The position numbers were made by a program, and so were the translations under genes. Of a stretch of DNA of 64,000 nt, positions 22,253 to 36,759 are shown in pieces (the first letter of the stretch is position 1; each line of letters starts with the position of its first letter). The notes beneath the pieces are model-generated. The model saw nothing but the letters and a program-made list of their open reading frames with translations. It made no database searches and was not told the origin of the DNA. The DNA is from Selaginella moellendorffii (lineage: Eukaryota > Plantae > Lycopodiophyta): NCBI RefSeq assembly GCF_000143415.4, contig NW_003314261.1, positions 434,001 through 498,000 of the forward strand, in the 5' to 3' direction.

Positions 22253-25200
22253 ATGGAGGCCAAGTCAAGTGGAAAGCAGGTTGCTGGTCGGCATGCTTTG
22301 GCGAATTCTGCGAGCCGGGACTTATTCGCTGCTGCTCGAAATGGAACAGTGCATGATGTGGAGACCGCTCTCTCTGCTCTCAAGAAGATTAATGGTAGCG
22401 TCGATGCTCGGGACAGGTTTGGCTCGACCGCCATGCATATCGCAACCTGGAGGAATCACGTTCCGATTGTGAAGAGGCTTTTGGCTGCTGGAGCTGATCC
22501 TAACGCTCGGGTACGTTATTCAAGTTCTTCTTTTGCCTTTTGATTTCTCACTTCTTCTCATGTTCGCAAATTTTAGGATGGAGAATCCGGCTGGGGAAGC
22601 TTGCACAGGGCTCTACATTTTGGTCACCTTGCCGTTGCCGGTGCGCTTGTTGACGGTGGCGCTTCTGTGTCCTTGGATGATTCGAAAGGTCGACTTCCAG
22701 TCGACTTGGTTTCTGGTCCTGTCAAACAGGCTGTCACTCCATCTTGCAGAGGTGAGCTGAGGTTTCGCACCATCATCTTAAGCTACTAAGTTTTTTGCTT
22801 TTTGTCCTGCAGGAGTTGTCTTGAAGGAGCTTTTCAGCTGGGGGAATGGCTCAAACTATCAACTCGGGACAGGCTCAGCAGGCATTCAACGCGTACCATG
22901 TCGAGTTGAGACTCTTCACGGTGCTGATATCGTCCGAGTTTCAGCTGCAAAATTCCATAGCACAGCAGTTAACTCAAGCGGCCAGCTATTTTCCTGGGGA
23001 TATGGAAGGGGAGGACGCCTGGGACACGAGGACTACAGGTTTGCAATGCAGAACTTATTTCGTGCAAACCATTTCGGTTCCTTCTGGCAGTGGAGAAGTT
23101 GCAGTTATAGCACCTCGTCAAGTTACTGGCTTATGCGGACGACGGGTTAAAAACGTTGCAGCTGCCAAGCACCATACCATTGTAGCGACGGAGGGTGGTG
23201 AAGTTTATACATGGGGTACAAACAGAGGTGCGAAGCATTTTTCCATCCCCTATCCATTCTCACATATTGTCTTTACAGAAGGACAGCTTGGTTATCCTGC
23301 TGTAGACACTCAATCTACTCCAAGGCGTGTATCTACTTTGAGAGCCAAAGTAGTGGAAGTTGCAGCGGCGAACAAACACAGCGCCGCTGTTACCGAGTCC
23401 GGAGAGGTTTACACTTGGGGATGCAACAAAGACGGCCAGCTGGGATACGGAACTTCAAATTCCGCTTCGAACTGCGTACCACGCGTAGTGGACTATTTGA
23501 AAGGAAGGAAGGCCTTGACCATCTCCGCTGCAAAACGTCACACTGTTGTGATCGTAGAGACCGAGGTAAGTAGCTGATTCTCCACGCATGATCGACCTTA
23601 CACAAGTTATTATGCAGGTGTTTACATGGGGCCACAAAATGGTGTCACCCAGGCGCGTGGTGTTAGTGAGAAATACAAAGAAGGCGGGACAACACCCACT
23701 GAAGTTCCACTTATCCGAACGCCTGCATATCGTCGCTGTAGCGGCGGGTGTGGTGCACAGTACGGCGATCGCTGCGGATGGCTTGATTTTTTCGTGGTTG
23801 TCTGCTGATCCACAACTACATGCACAGCAGGTAATCTTCGTTTGTTCTATTGTTCCTATGATGTTTATACTAGCTGTTCTTCTTTTATACCAGGTGCTCA
23901 CTATGACTGGACATCATGCGTTGTCCGTGTCTGCGGGAAAATATAGAACGGCAGTAGCAACTTCTACTGGAGACGTTTATGCGTGGGACAGTGATAAATC
24001 CTCCAGTCCAGCTCCGCTGCGCATACATGGGATCAAACGCGCCACACTTCTGGCTGTAGGTGAAACGCATTCACTAGCTGTGACAGAGATCTACGTGCCT
24101 GCTTATCAATCGGACTCGGAACCTCTGGTTCCAAATCAAACTGCTACTGACGACAACGGTGATGACGCGCTCGTTGTCACGCCACCGAGGGATCCAGAGG
24201 ATCGTCTTCCCTCTTTGAGGGACTTATGTCAAAAGGTGATAGCAACGACAATCGTCGAACCGAGGAACGCATTGCAAATCCTGGAGTTTGCAGATGCGCT
24301 CGGTGCTGATGAGCTGAAACGCTACTGTGAGGTATGTGTGTGCTGACTGCTCAACTTTCTCATAGTAGTAATCCCTTTTTCTTTTTTCTTCAGAGCCTCA
24401 TATTGCGTAATCTGGACTACATATTTGCATTCTTTGGCGCGAGCTTTGGTACAACGAGGTCATCAGTTCTAGCCGACTTGGAAAAGTCCTGGGATGCCTG
24501 TTCTTTACAACCATGGAGTCATCGACAGCTCCCAGTTCCCAGCGCGACAACACCTGCTATCGTGGACAGCGAAGAAGACGTCGCCGACTCCTTCGCGAAT
24601 CCAAGAATTCTCAAAGACCAGTTGTTTCCAACGCCGCCCGGTGCAGGATTCCTTCAGGAAGACAGCGCAGGAGATAGAGCTACCAAGCAACTACGTGCGA
24701 TGCGCAAGAAGCTCCAGCAGATTGAGTTGCTGGAGATGAAGCTCTCCAAGGGACAGAGCCTGGATGACCAGCAAATGACCAAGCTGAGCACCAAGAAATC
24801 AATTTTGGAGTCTCTCAGGATCTTGGAAACGCAAGAGCCTGAGACCAGTGGAGAAGTTTTTCCCGAGACCAGCTCCAAGAAGCAAAACCAGCTGACTGAC
24901 GAACGCTCGAAACGCCAGCGTCGCAAGAGCAAGAAAACTAACAGCAAGAAAACTGAAGTCCAGGTTCCTGACAAGGTGGAAGAGGTAAGCTAGTCTCATA
25001 TCATGCTTTCATCTCAGATTATTGATCTTTCTTTCACAGGTGGCGACTGATTTTAAAGAGGACATGGAATCCAAGGTTCTAGGATTCAGACTCCCGTCTC
25101 CTTCTGCAGAAGTGACCAGTGGCTCCGACCTTAAAACGGAAGTTTCTAAAGCTGACGATGGTCGCTCCAAAGCAACCGTTAAGAAAGCCAAGACGAAGTG

Positions 25201-25963
25201 TAAGAAAGGTGGCCTCTCCCTCTTTCTAACGGGTGCTCTGGACAAAGCTCCGGAAACCATTCCGCCGCCACCGCCGCCGGTTCCACTCGTTGCGAAAACA
25301 GATGGCCCAGCTTGGGGTGGTGGTGCTCTCATGCGCGGCAAAGGAGCTGCGTCTCTCTCCGAGATTCAAACCGAGCAGAAGGCCGAGTCAAGCAACACCA
25401 GTGCTAACAACAAGCCAGTGACGATGCAACGCAAGCCTCCGGAGAGCTCCCCTCGCGAGGCAGCGGCACCGGGACACCAGCGCATTCCTCTACAGCAGTT
25501 TGTTCGATCGCCGCCAGCTCCAGCGATGAGCTTTACACCCCCGAAAGCCGCACCGTGGACCGGAAGCTCATCGCCTGGCGCGTTTCCATCGCTGAGAGAC
25601 ATCCAAAAGCAAGAGGTAAAAGTCTTGTCCCGAGGTGGTGGTGCTTGATTGATCGTGTTTCTCTTTCTCTTTTTTTTTTTTTTTTTTCTCTCTCTCTCTC
25701 TCCAGGCCAAGCACAAGGAGCAGCGAGCATCGTTTAGAAGCCACCAAGTTGGAAGCCCGCCAGTGGTTGGATTCGCCGCTTCTTCGTCCGGCAGAGATGC
25801 TGCCGCTAGCAGTAGCGATCTCTCGTCCGAGCATCCCAGCTGCTGGTACAAGCCCGACACGAGCAGTCCGTCCAGCATTCGCTGCATCCAGATCGAAGAG
25901 AGAGCCATGAACGATCTCCGCCGCCTCTACAAGAACGTGAAGATGGTGAAGCCCGATTCTTGA
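22253..25963 (+). CDS. Ankyrin-repeat + RCC1-repeat protein (IBTK-like, At3g03790-like)
   Basis: Ankyrin DRFGSTAMHIATWRNHVPIVKRLLAAGADPNAR; RCC1 repeats LFSWGNGSNYQLG, LFSWGYGRGGRLG and VYTWGCNKDGQLG; C-terminal SLRDIQKQE and IRCIQIEERAMNDLRRLY. Confidence 0.88.
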
Positions 25964-26260
25964 CACAGCCAAGAGCTCCTTGGTTGCTCGTCAATAAGAA
26001 TGGAATGATCATAAGCATTCCCTCTAAATATTATCTTTGGTCTTACCTAGAGAACTGAAACGAAATGGTAACTCTACATTATCATTGTGATAAACTTTGC
26101 AAAACAACGAAGAAGAGATCTCTTACAAGCCTCATACAATGGAATGGAAGAATGGAATGGAAGATATAAACATTCCCCTCTATGCATTATCAGATAAAAA
26201 TCTTGATCCTCGCAAAAGAATCTATAGAACTAATCTGTACGGAAACGAAGAAAAGAGAGC

Positions 26261-28582
26261 TTACTGTTGCCGCATTGTCATGCCAAAACCGTACGGGAAG
26301 AGAGGATCATAGCCCATGTCTCCCACATTCATGGGAAGTTGATCCACGCGCTTGAACCACGTCCTGGACGATTTCCCCACGAAGTCGTGGTCACCGAAAA
26401 GCACGTCGGCCACGCCTTGGCCCTCGGAACCTGGAAGCCACGCCGCCACCAGCGCGTCCATCATATCGATGTGAGGCTCCAGCACCAGCGGCCGACCGGA
26501 GATGAGCACCACCACGCAGCGCAGGGACGAGCACACGTTCCGGATGGTGTCGATGCCTTGGCTGGGGATTGTCAAGTTGAGATTGTCGCCGGCTATCTCG
26601 GCGTAAGGCTGCTCGCCGATCACCACCACCGCGTACGAGAAGCCTTTGTCCTTGACGAAGTTGGCGTCTGGGGACTGCTCGTAGACAACTTGCGTGGATT
26701 GGCTCACGGTGTTGGCAATTGCTTGGCGAATCGTAGTTCCTGGCATTTTCCAAGATCAAAGTTAGCCAAGAACAAACGAGAGTTTAAAGTAGGAGAGCTG
26801 CTACTCACCGATTGTTGTTTGTCCACTGCCTCCTTGCCAGGTGATTGTCCATCCTCCACACTGAAGTCCCAAGTCATCAGCGTGTGTTCCAGCCACTAGA
26901 ATCTTGGGCGCGGTCTTGCTGAGTGGTAGGATGTTCTTGCTAGATCCGCTCCTGGCTGAGTTTTTCAAGAGCACGAGTGACTTTCTCACGGCTTCCCTGG
27001 CTAGCTCTCGGTGGTCCTCTGCGCCGACTTTGTTGTTGAGCTTCCTATTTGCCTTCGGCGCTTCGAACAGTCCAGCAGCAAATTTGACTCTGAGGATCCT
27101 GGTCACGGCGTCGTCTATCCTGCTCTGGCTGACGGCTCCGGATTTAACCAGTCCAGTGAGGATGTTGATGAAGTTTTGGTAATCGAACGGAACCATGATC
27201 TGCGTCGTGAAAGCGAAATTTAGTGACACTGACACGCACAAAAAAGTCCAAATGCTAAATTGCTTACCATGTCGATACCTGCATTGACCGAAGTCAAGAC
27301 AGAGTACGTGTAGTTTTGCTTGGGTGGATCGGTGATTCTATCAATGGCTTCCCAGTCAGATATCAGGAATCCCTGCAGAAACAGACAGGAAAGTGTGTAT
27401 AGTTTAATTAGCAAGTCGTGACGGAATCAAAGAGACGCTTACCTGAAACCCGAGACGATTTTTCAATACTTCGGTAACCAGGAAACGATTAGCGTGCATC
27501 TTGATGCCATTGAAGCTGGAGTACGAAATCATGATGGTTGAAACACCCATGGCGATGGCATCAAGATAAGGAGCCATATGAACTTGAACGAGCTGCCTAT
27601 AAGTGGTCACTGTGTTGTTCTCGTCAATTCCCTTCACTGTTCCTCCATCACCCACGAAATGCTTGGCACAGGCAACAACTTTGGATCTGAAACAAGAAAA
27701 GAAAATGGTCATGTAGTCACGGATAGAGAATAATGTGATCTAACTTACGGTCCTCCAACGTAAGGATAGCCAGACGGATGACTAGGTGGTGGAGAGCCTT
27801 GCAAGCCCTGGATGATCTTTGTCATGCTTCTCACGAGCTGGGTATCTTCACCATAGCTCTCGTAGCATCGCCCCCATCTCGGATCACGGCAAACAGCAAT
27901 GCAGGGAGCAAAAGCGTAAGGCATTCCAGTTGCTCGGACTTCCAGCGCAGTAGCAGCTCCGATTCTCCGCACCAGCTCAGGATCCCTGAGAAAAAGTCCC
28001 AAAAACTTTTCATACCAAAAAGGAAGGAAAAAAGATGGATGGAGAAAGAATGAAGAAGTACCTGGAAGAACCGAGGCCAATGTTGTGAGGATAAATGGTA
28101 GCTCCATAGACATTGTTGTGACCATGCACTGCGTCGACGCCATAGATGACTGGAATTCCAAGGCGAGTGCTCATAGCTCCAATCTGATAGTCATCGACCA
28201 TGTCCTCCCATACATTGGGAGCTGCCCTCTCCGCCGGAGCACTGCCTCCCCCATTCAACACGCTCCCTATCACACAGCAGCCATTGGAGATTTCAGATGA
28301 TCACACGCGCTTCTTCCAAGAAGCTATCGCATTCTCAATCGATCGATCGATTGAGGACACTCACTCACCTATGCCGTATTGCCTGACCACGGCCTGGCTC
28401 GCCACCGCCCTCTCAATCTGCGTCATTTGCCCGATCTTTTCCTCGAGCGTCATCCTCCTCAGGAGATCTTTGATCCGCGCCTCAATGCTCTGGCGAGAAT
28501 CCTTGTAGAGCATCTGGCCATCGCCGGCGACCAGCAAGAATGCGAGGAGCGCCAGCAGCAGCGCCATCGCCGAAGCTCTCAT
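26261..28582 (-). CDS. Glycoside hydrolase family 3 beta-D-glucan exohydrolase / beta-glucosidase (secreted)
   Basis: Signal peptide; [51 protein letters not shown], nucleophile motif ISDW, and [19 protein letters not shown]. Confidence 0.93.
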
Positions 28583-29687
28583 CCCTCGCCGATCGATCGA
28601 AATATCACTGCCGCGCGTGGATCGGATCGAAAGAAGCATCGCGAGGCCGCGCGCATGCAACGATCGACACGGCGGATGATCCAGCAAGAAGAGAATGGAG
28701 GAGGAGGAGGAAGAGATGGAGGAGAAAGGAAATGCCTAGAATCGAGAGAATGGAGGCCACAGCATCGAGGCCGGATTAAAAGGCGGTCGTGATCGGTCAC
28801 GCAAACGCGGACCAGTGCGTCGCGTTTAAATGCTTCCGCCATAGCCCAGTTTGTGTGAACCCTGCAAACTTTCCCCAAGGGTGTGCCACGCTGGCAGGGT
28901 AAAACGGTAAATTCGTTCACATTAACTCTGTCCTAAGTAGCGTCTGGAATTAAGGGGTAATCACCAAATTAATCCAATGGTCGCAGTGCCACAAGTCATC
29001 CTGTCCGTTCGTGCACGGCTGTCCCTCCAACGGCCATTTTTCCCCTCTCCATCCACGCGACAAAACGCACACATCGTTGTGCCAATTTAATGATCTTTTA
29101 TGAAAACCATGGATGGATTCTCATGTCGCTACCAACACGAGGACTCAGCTATGGTGGCTTTCGTTCTCGTTCGTTCCCTATCAAGTGGAAGAGAAAAGGA
29201 AATCGTCAGAGAAATAAATCGTCCACGTTCTTCAATGTAAATCTTACCAGATAGTTCATAGAATCGCCCATTGTCATTGTAAGCTTGTCACTGCAAGTTT
29301 TAGAATATAAAACCATGTACACGAGGATTGTGAGAAACCATAAAAGCAAAGCTCCAGAGAATGAACGATCGGAGAGAGCAAGCGAGCAAGCTCTTCATCA
29401 TTCAATGCAAAAATGCTAAAACTCACCAGCACAGTGAGCATGAAAGTCACGTACCTGTAAGAATCTGGAACCAGCAGCAAATGCATCCGAGAAGAAACGC
29501 AGCGGTCACGCATCTACAATAACTGTTTCGATTGATTTATTTACCTCTCTTGCAATCCGTAAATGAAAACTTTTTGACAAGAGAAAAATTGTCAAGCATA
29601 GCTTGAATGATAAGAAAAATGCGCGCCTGAAACGACGAATCACCAGCTGTTAGTTCTAACGAGAAACTCTTAACAATGAATACCAGA

Positions 29688-30830
29688 TCATTTGAGGACG
29701 CACTCCCTCAAAGTTTGAGCGGCTTTCTCCGGAGCCACCGTGTTGATGGTCCAACCAGTGGCAAGCTCAAAGCCCCCCAGCACTCCCAGTCGAGGGAGGA
29801 TTGCAATGTACCAGTGGAAATACTCCGTCTTGGTTTCCTCGCAGAAAGGATTGTTGTAAAGCACGTAGTTGTATGCAGCGCCTGGAAATTGCTGCACTAT
29901 TTTTTTCAATGTTAGATGAAGTAATCTCGCCAAATCCCCGATCTATAAACGAGAATGCATGCGTTAGTGGAGAGTAAACCAAAAGAAAGAAAGAAGAATC
30001 ATCACCTCGGAATCACTCGTCCCCTCAAAGTTCGAACTATGGTTGATGGGAATAATCCACGTCTCGAACGGGAAGCGAGCTTCAAAGGGCGCCACTGAAA
30101 CGAAGCGTGATGACTGATCGATCAACCTTGAGCGATCTCGAAGATCCGCTTTCACGGACTCGCAAAGGAGACAGCGTCCCTTACGTTCGAAGAACTCTTT
30201 GGAGTTTTTAACTTGCCACATTAGTTCTTGAGGTACCATAGGCAATGCGATGATTTGGCTATGGGAGTGACGCAGCGACGCACCAGCTTCTTTGCCATTG
30301 TTCTTGAAAACCTGGAAAGCAATGCGATCGGTCAAACCAATCCAACCATGGAAGAAGCCAGTCACCTGGACGTATTGGAATCGCTTGTCATTCTTGAGAT
30401 CCTTGAGCCGGTGCCGGAACGCCTTGAGCACTCGCTCTACCTGGTCGATCGGAAGCTCCGCGAATTGGATTCCATGCTCCGGCGTCTCCACGACCACCTC
30501 ATGCGATCCAAATCCAGAGCGCCGGCTACGATGACAATCCTCATCGATCGTGCACGTCGGCGACAGCGAAGAATCCACAGCAGGGAATTTGTTGTAGACG
30601 ACGCGGACGCTCCAATCCGGCGCGCTCACCACATCGCTCTCCCGGAACGCAAACGTCTCGTCCCCTGTCTCGTGCTCGTGATTCCTGCAAAACGGGCAGC
30701 TGTGATTGCCGCCACTGTGATTACCGCCATCGCTGCCGCTGTGATCGGAGGAAACATCATGTGGCCGATTGCCGCGAGCAGAGGAGACGATCACCCATCG
30801 CGGCTGGACGCTGTGCCGGAGCTCCGCCAT
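29688..30830 (-). CDS. ADP-glucose phosphorylase / galactose-1-phosphate uridylyltransferase-like (HIT superfamily)
   Basis: MAELRH...[60 protein letters not shown] and GGFELATG; two introns. Confidence 0.9.
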
Positions 30831-30949
30831 TTGCCCTGCCCTAGCACCGGGTTTGGGCTCAAATCCCAAACATATATAACATTTAGGGCTACAAAAAGAC
30901 ATTGATCGCATTGCCAGTATTCTAACAGTAATGAGATTCTTACGCGTGT

Positions 30950-31290
30950 TGTCGTCGAAATTGGAGTACCCTCCAGCCCAATGTTCCTCCAACGTGTAGT
31001 AGTGATTCTCCCCGTCCAGCTTCTCGATCCAGCCCACGACTGGATGTTGTCGATCGCCCGGATCCTCTCGGAAGAGATCACCACACTTTGGCGATCGGAT
31101 ACCTCCCTGCCATGACGCTGCCGAGGAAGAATCTCCCAACTGCGATTGCAAGGACGTCGAGTCGCGTTCATCCATCCACCCGGAGCTCTCATTCGGGTCT
31201 AACCTGTCGAGTTGGCGGCTCTTGCCACCCACAGCCCTCCGCAAAGCTCCATCCTTGGCGGAATTGGCATTGTTCGAAGAAACAGTGCCA
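30950..31290 (-). pseudogene. Possible degenerate PPR E/E+ domain fragment
   Basis: RQLDRLDPNESSGW and QHPVVGWIEKLDGENHYY resemble PLS-class PPR E/E+ motifs; no upstream repeats recognised. Confidence 0.3.
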
Positions 31291-31989
31291 ATAATTTGGA
31301 GCCCGACTCAACTGCAAGAACAAGCAAAGAAAAGAAAATCTGAGAGTCGAAAGTAGCAAAGCCAAACAAAGGATAACTTTACCTCAGCCTGTCTCGCTCC
31401 ACTAGAAGAAGAACGAGTTGCGCAGGGGTCCTCGAGCTTCTTAGCTCCAAAAGGTGGCGCTCTTAGCGGCGTGGCTTCTGCAAAAGCACTCCCAGTAAAG
31501 TCCACAATCATCTTTGTTGTTGCCTTGGGGGCTTCTAGCAGTCATTATCCTGTTGCTGCCACATGAATTATGTCGGCATACATAAGAGCGGACACAATAC
31601 TTTACCTCGAAATATGATCTCAATGCTTTATTAGGAGCTTGTAGTCCTGCAATACTTGCTCCTTACATCTGGACCGATCGCCATAAGCAGCTCCTCTAGA
31701 GCAGGGCATGAACCAGAGACTGATGCATCTTAGAGCATCGAGATCGAGAGTAAATATCAAATAGACGGAAAGATGAAATGAAAGACTATGGCGTGATGAA
31801 TGAAGGCACTGGCGGAGCTCATCAGGGAATGCAAGAGTGTCACTGAGGCATGAAGTTTCGACCGCCACATTGTCTCCACTGACTTGACGAGATGTGCCCA
31901 TGGCGTCTACGTCTCCATCTCCTGGTGAGTAGGTGACCTTTCCATTGAGTCGACCTATGTGCCGGGGATCAGCACACAAGTGCCAAGAA

Positions 31990-32350
31990 ATTCTGATGTA
32001 TCAGTTAGACAATATCCAGTGAGGAGCAGTTGTCAATCTCACTTGAGAGCATCTTAGAGATGTCAAGAACCACTGATATAGAGTAGTTTGCCATGGTTGT
32101 TTGATTGATCATATAGGGAATGAAGGTTTATCTATCAGGTATAGATGCATCTGGATTAGAGGCTCAAACTACTTAGATGCGATGTAGAAGGAACTTGGAA
32201 TACTTGAATTGAAGTTTGTGCCATCCAAACCTTAAAATGTTTAATTGACGTGGTGTTTAGGGTAGATATTCTTTAAGAGTTGTGGGAGTAGTGAGGAGAT
32301 TGTGAGTGTTAGTGCAATTGCACTTGAGTGAGCTTTACAGAAGAAATTAA
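31990..32350 (-). pseudogene. Possible degenerate plant extracellular LRR fragment
   Basis: GLDGTNFNSSIPSSF and LSSEIDNCSSLDIV resemble LRR-RLK repeats; multiple stops. Confidence 0.35.
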
Positions 32351-33079
32351 TTGACAAAATTGCTTAGAGATGCATTGTTGCCAATGGCTAATTGTTAATT
32401 ATAAAAAAAGTTCTTCAAAAACAATTTATCTCTTTTATAACTCATTAGATTCTCACTTAGGTGCAACATATTGAAATTTGCACAACAAAGAGCCTTTTGG
32501 CTTTGGTTCTAACAGAGACTTTGTTAAATTGAAGTAGTCAGAGGATAGTTACAAACCTAAATAAATCTTGGAATCTAGGAACAAAGCACCACTTTTTCTT
32601 GGTAAAGACTCCACTCTATATAATGTGATGAAGGCAATCACACTAAATGAATTCATTTCAACAAAGAAAGGCCACTTTAAAGCTGTGATATGCTTGCTCT
32701 AAATACCTCTATAATATGAAAATGTACCAGCAATACTTGCCAAGATGGGGGTATTGCATAAACACTCTAGTTGTTATTCGTCCAACAACAAATTAAAACA
32801 ATGGGAGTGTAAAGCAAGATGTTATAATTGTGATTCAGTTTGATCTTATTTAGTCTTTAAATGCCTATTTCATAAAATACATTATGGGTTGTGGATTGTA
32901 AAATTTTTAAAATAATGTACTATCAATTTCACTATGTTCCCTTTATAGTAATCTCCAAGGGCTAGTATAATATAGAGAGTGTGGGGGTTGGACTTCAGCA
33001 TAATTAATTTGGCCAGGAAAGACTAATGTCCCTTAAACTAAAGACTAAGACATTACACAATGTCCCTTAGGGACTAGTA

Positions 33080-34880
33080 CAAAAACAAATTGCTCATAAC
33101 TCTACTCTCTCAACAAAACCATCTTGCTATCTCTTACCTAATGATCATTGCCTTCTAACCAGGGCTGTTGTGGTCGTCTCCTCCGTAAAGCATCCAGTGC
33201 CCAACCACCTCATCTTGCCTCCTTTGCTACAGTGGCTAGTGGCCTCCATTTCCATTTGATACCACCCACATGTTCTCCTCTTTAGCAAGGGGTCCATTAT
33301 CTTCGCCAAGCTTCTAGCACCTCTCTTTTACTGTGCTCCTAGAGTAATGTCTCTTTGAGGTAGACACCAGCCAATGTGAGCCTCCACCAATGTGCCATGG
33401 TTGTTAATATTTGAGCATTTTGTCCCTCGAAGTGGTTGTGGTTCCTTACTTCCCAAAGCACCTATACCCCGGATGCATGCCATATCTCCCATCTGGTCTA
33501 TCCAAGGGCTTCCCATATTGTAGTCCCGACTTCAACTCCTACTGTATCCCACTTGACTTTGGTGCCCCATCCTAAGCATCCCTAACAACCAATCCTCTGT
33601 CAGGCCCATCTTGTGTATAGTCCCCTTGCCTCTAGGAACCATTGCATGATGTCTCCTTCACATATTTTGAAGTTCTACTTGCTCCCTAGTTCCCTAGCTG
33701 CCTTTGCTACTTGTCTCCACGTCTCCTTTGCCACATCATACTCTCAGAGGAGATGTGCTACTATCTCCAACACCCCACATTCGGGTGTCCTCTGCTTGGA
33801 ACCGCTATCCTACTAGCAAACCTTCTATTGCCATGAGCCATGAAGTGACTTTTGACTTCTCCTAAATTAGTAGTTTCTAGAAAGCCACTATGTTGTCAGT
33901 CACCTGATCCACTTCCACTCCTAGTGCAATCCATTTCTGCTAAAGTTTTGGTACTTCCTCTCTCTTGAACTCTCTATTCACCATCAGTCCATTTTGTGTG
34001 TCTTTGACCTTATATGTGAAAAATTCATTTGCTCCATGTCTCCATGCAATTGGGTCCCAATTTAGGTCCTCTATGAGCTCCTTATGCCACCATACTAGAC
34101 ATCCTTCTCCTTCTAGCTAGCATGGTGATTCTATCAACTCTATTCGCGTCGCTAACTGTTTCAAGACTTGGATCTGTTCTTTCACTTTGTCATCTGTGGC
34201 CTGTGGCATTGTTTATGTATCCCCTATTGAAAGGAATGTATCCCCTCACACCACTCAAAAAGGCCTGCCAAGGTTTAGATTTAGATCCATCATAAACCAC
34301 ACCTCTGTCTCCCCTTTATTCTAAGCTGGAGTTGGTGCTATGAAAGCCCAAGTTTATCTTCCTAGTGCAAATTATTCCCCATCTGACATTTCCTCTTGTT
34401 GGATTGCCACAAAATCCCTAGCGTGTAGTCTTCTTGCTGGCCACTTGTCCACTGTTCTTGCCTTTGTCACTGTAGTAACCTTAGCAGGTCTAGCTGAACA
34501 TTTTGCCACTTCCTTGGCCCAAAAACTTGGAAGTGTCGGGAAGATTTCTGTTGGTTTGGGTCTATCACTCCCACTAGTTGTTTGACCATCCTGAATCTTC
34601 CCTGATGTATGCACCTCTATATAGTGTACTAGTTCTCCCAGCCTAGTGTTCAGTCCCCTGCTTTAAACAATTTGTTGAAGAAGAGAGGCTAGATCAACCA
34701 ATCCTCCACTTTGGTCAAGATGACCTACATCAGTGGGAATGACTTCCAAATTTTAGGCTCTGGATCAACTATCCTCCCCCTACTACCTACATCTACCCTT
34801 CCACAAATAGCCACCAAGGATCTTCATCCCAAACTCTTGCACATCCATGTCTCAGTCTAATTGCCAACATGCTCTACCTA
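33080..34880 (-). mobile_element. Degenerate L1-clade LINE ORF2 3' portion interrupting the LARD-A 5' LTR
   Basis: Minus-strand remnants QSGGLVDLA, WDPIAWRHGANEFFTYK and RWEIWHA..VLWEVRN occur in the order expected for the L1 ORF2 C-terminus; many stops. Confidence 0.45.
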
Positions 34881-36019
34881 AAAAGAAGGTGGCACTACCT
34901 ACTTGGATACTTGACATGGCTCATTAAAACCTTGCTCTAGCCACCTGGCTAGGGCACTCAAAGGTAGATGGTGGGAAGAGTACCCACAAGGCTTATATAG
35001 GGCCATAGTGTTTCAAAATGTCATTCCAAAGTCCTAGATTGTGGAAAGGAAGAGGAGCAATTCTCTTAAGTAGTGACCAGGGACGCAGTCATGTGGCAAG
35101 GAAGTCCTAGAAATCAATAGGATATAGTGGTTGGGCCTTCAAGCCCTAAGTCAATGGCAATGTTGACAAACATGACTGTATATAGAAAGGGATTTGGTGG
35201 GGACTAAAAGAGGGATATTGTGGAAAGTTATTACCCATATCTGTGGGCATTCTAAGGATGCTAAAGAGGGGATCTAGGTTGATCACTCATACAATCTTTG
35301 AAAGATGGGACTGTGATGTAAGTGGTGTTGGATCACCAGTGTGATAGAGGCAAATAGACATGGCCTTAGTGTAACAAGCTAATATGTTGGTGGTACTTTT
35401 GAGTGTCAATCATGAGATCGTACATGTGGAGCACTTGGACCAAGTGCAAAGGTTGAGTGGCATAGATGCCATTTTTGGGACTAGAAAGTCCCCAAGTCTA
35501 GAATAGGACATATAGAGGTTGTGAATGATTCCTCCAAGTGGTCGAAAGTGTGGCTAATTGACTAAAGTAAAATGGAAAATTTAGTTACTTACAATTGGTA
35601 TCAAAGTTGTTTCTTAATCTGACTTTTATTGGTGGTCAAATATATCACCACTTATGTTAGCATCAGAAGGTCTTAGGAGTGGGCCTATCCTTGAGAAGTA
35701 GTAGATCAGGAGGACATAGCTCTCCAATACAATTCATGTGTAAACTTATAAGCAATGTGATGGATAGAAAAGGGCCAACAAGGAAATGACCTTGGGATCT
35801 TGGGAATAGTATAAGGTTTTCTTCAAAGAGTTGAGTATGTGATTCAGATGAGCATCTGACTTAACAAACTGGCTAATGTAGTTATGGTAAAGAACTATAG
35901 TTGGGATCATGAAGAAGATAGAGACTCCAAAACAATAAAGGAGTCACAAGATTATCCTCATATAGTTGAGGCTGGTGCTCATGAATTTGAGACTAGAATT
36001 AATGATTATGGGAGGTTAA

Positions 36020-36470
36020 ATATAGATGAGGATACAAGTCCCTAAAATGGTAGCCGAAGTTACATTTTATAAATGCTAGAACAAACCCAAGGAGTTAGGG
36101 GTGTACTTAGAGGATGAGTCGGTATTCTCATCATATGGACGGATAGTCATAAGGGGTAAATGTAGCCCACAAGGAATGGAAAATAATTAAGTGTCGGAGT
36201 AACACTTGCAAAAATGGTCCTTGTAAATAAGACATGAATACAAGAAGTTGAATTCCAGTTGTCAAATACGGATGAGGACACAAGTCCTTGAAATGGTAGC
36301 TAGGGCTACTTTAAATAAATGCTGGAACTACCCAAGGAGTTGACGGTGTACTTAGAGGATGAGTTAATATTTTCATAGTCCTAAGGGGCAAAAGTAACCC
36401 ATATGGAACAAAGAATAATCAAGTTTTGGAATAACACTTGTAAAGATGGTTTTTAAATACAAGAAGTTTT
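36020..36470. repeat. ~245-bp tandem duplication in LARD-A 5' internal region
   Basis: 36020-36265 resembles 36266-36470; single copy in LARD-B at ~44130-44360. Confidence 0.7.
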
Positions 36471-36759
36471 TGTAAGCAACTAAAGGGAACGACTCGAGAG
36501 ACAATCCGTTGGGGTTCAAATATAGAGGGAAAGGGCCCATGAATAAGAGTGCACCCCCTTTTCCAATCAGTTAAGGGTCTTGGGATATTTTGGAGTTAAG
36601 CGTCCTTGGGTTTGAATAGTACTGGGCTGGGTGACCTCTCGGGAAGTCCAAACTCAGGAGCTTACATTTGGTATCAGAGCGGTCTCGAGTCCGACTCTGT
36701 TGGTTGGCTAAGGGAATCACACCACATGTTAATTGACATCTGGACCAGCCAATCTTACA
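36471..36759 (+). mobile_element. Internally deleted Cassandra TRIM
   Basis: Full LTR 36471-36666, perfect PBS TGGTATCAGAGC, partial internal domain, only the terminal CTTACA of the 3' LTR; TSD GTTTT at 36466-36470 and 36760-36764. Confidence 0.88.

Noticed and set aside
30831-31244. N-terminal 138-aa extension of the GalT-like ORF
   Set aside because: Non-ATG start; family homology begins at MAELRH (30830); the upstream part looks like an unrelated pseudogene remnant.
36268-36296. Hammerhead ribozyme (cggatga-ggac-acaa-gtcc-ttgaaa)
   Set aside because: The core deviates (CGGATGA, TT before GAAA), stems I/III are not evident, and the motif is not kept in the homologue at ~44133.
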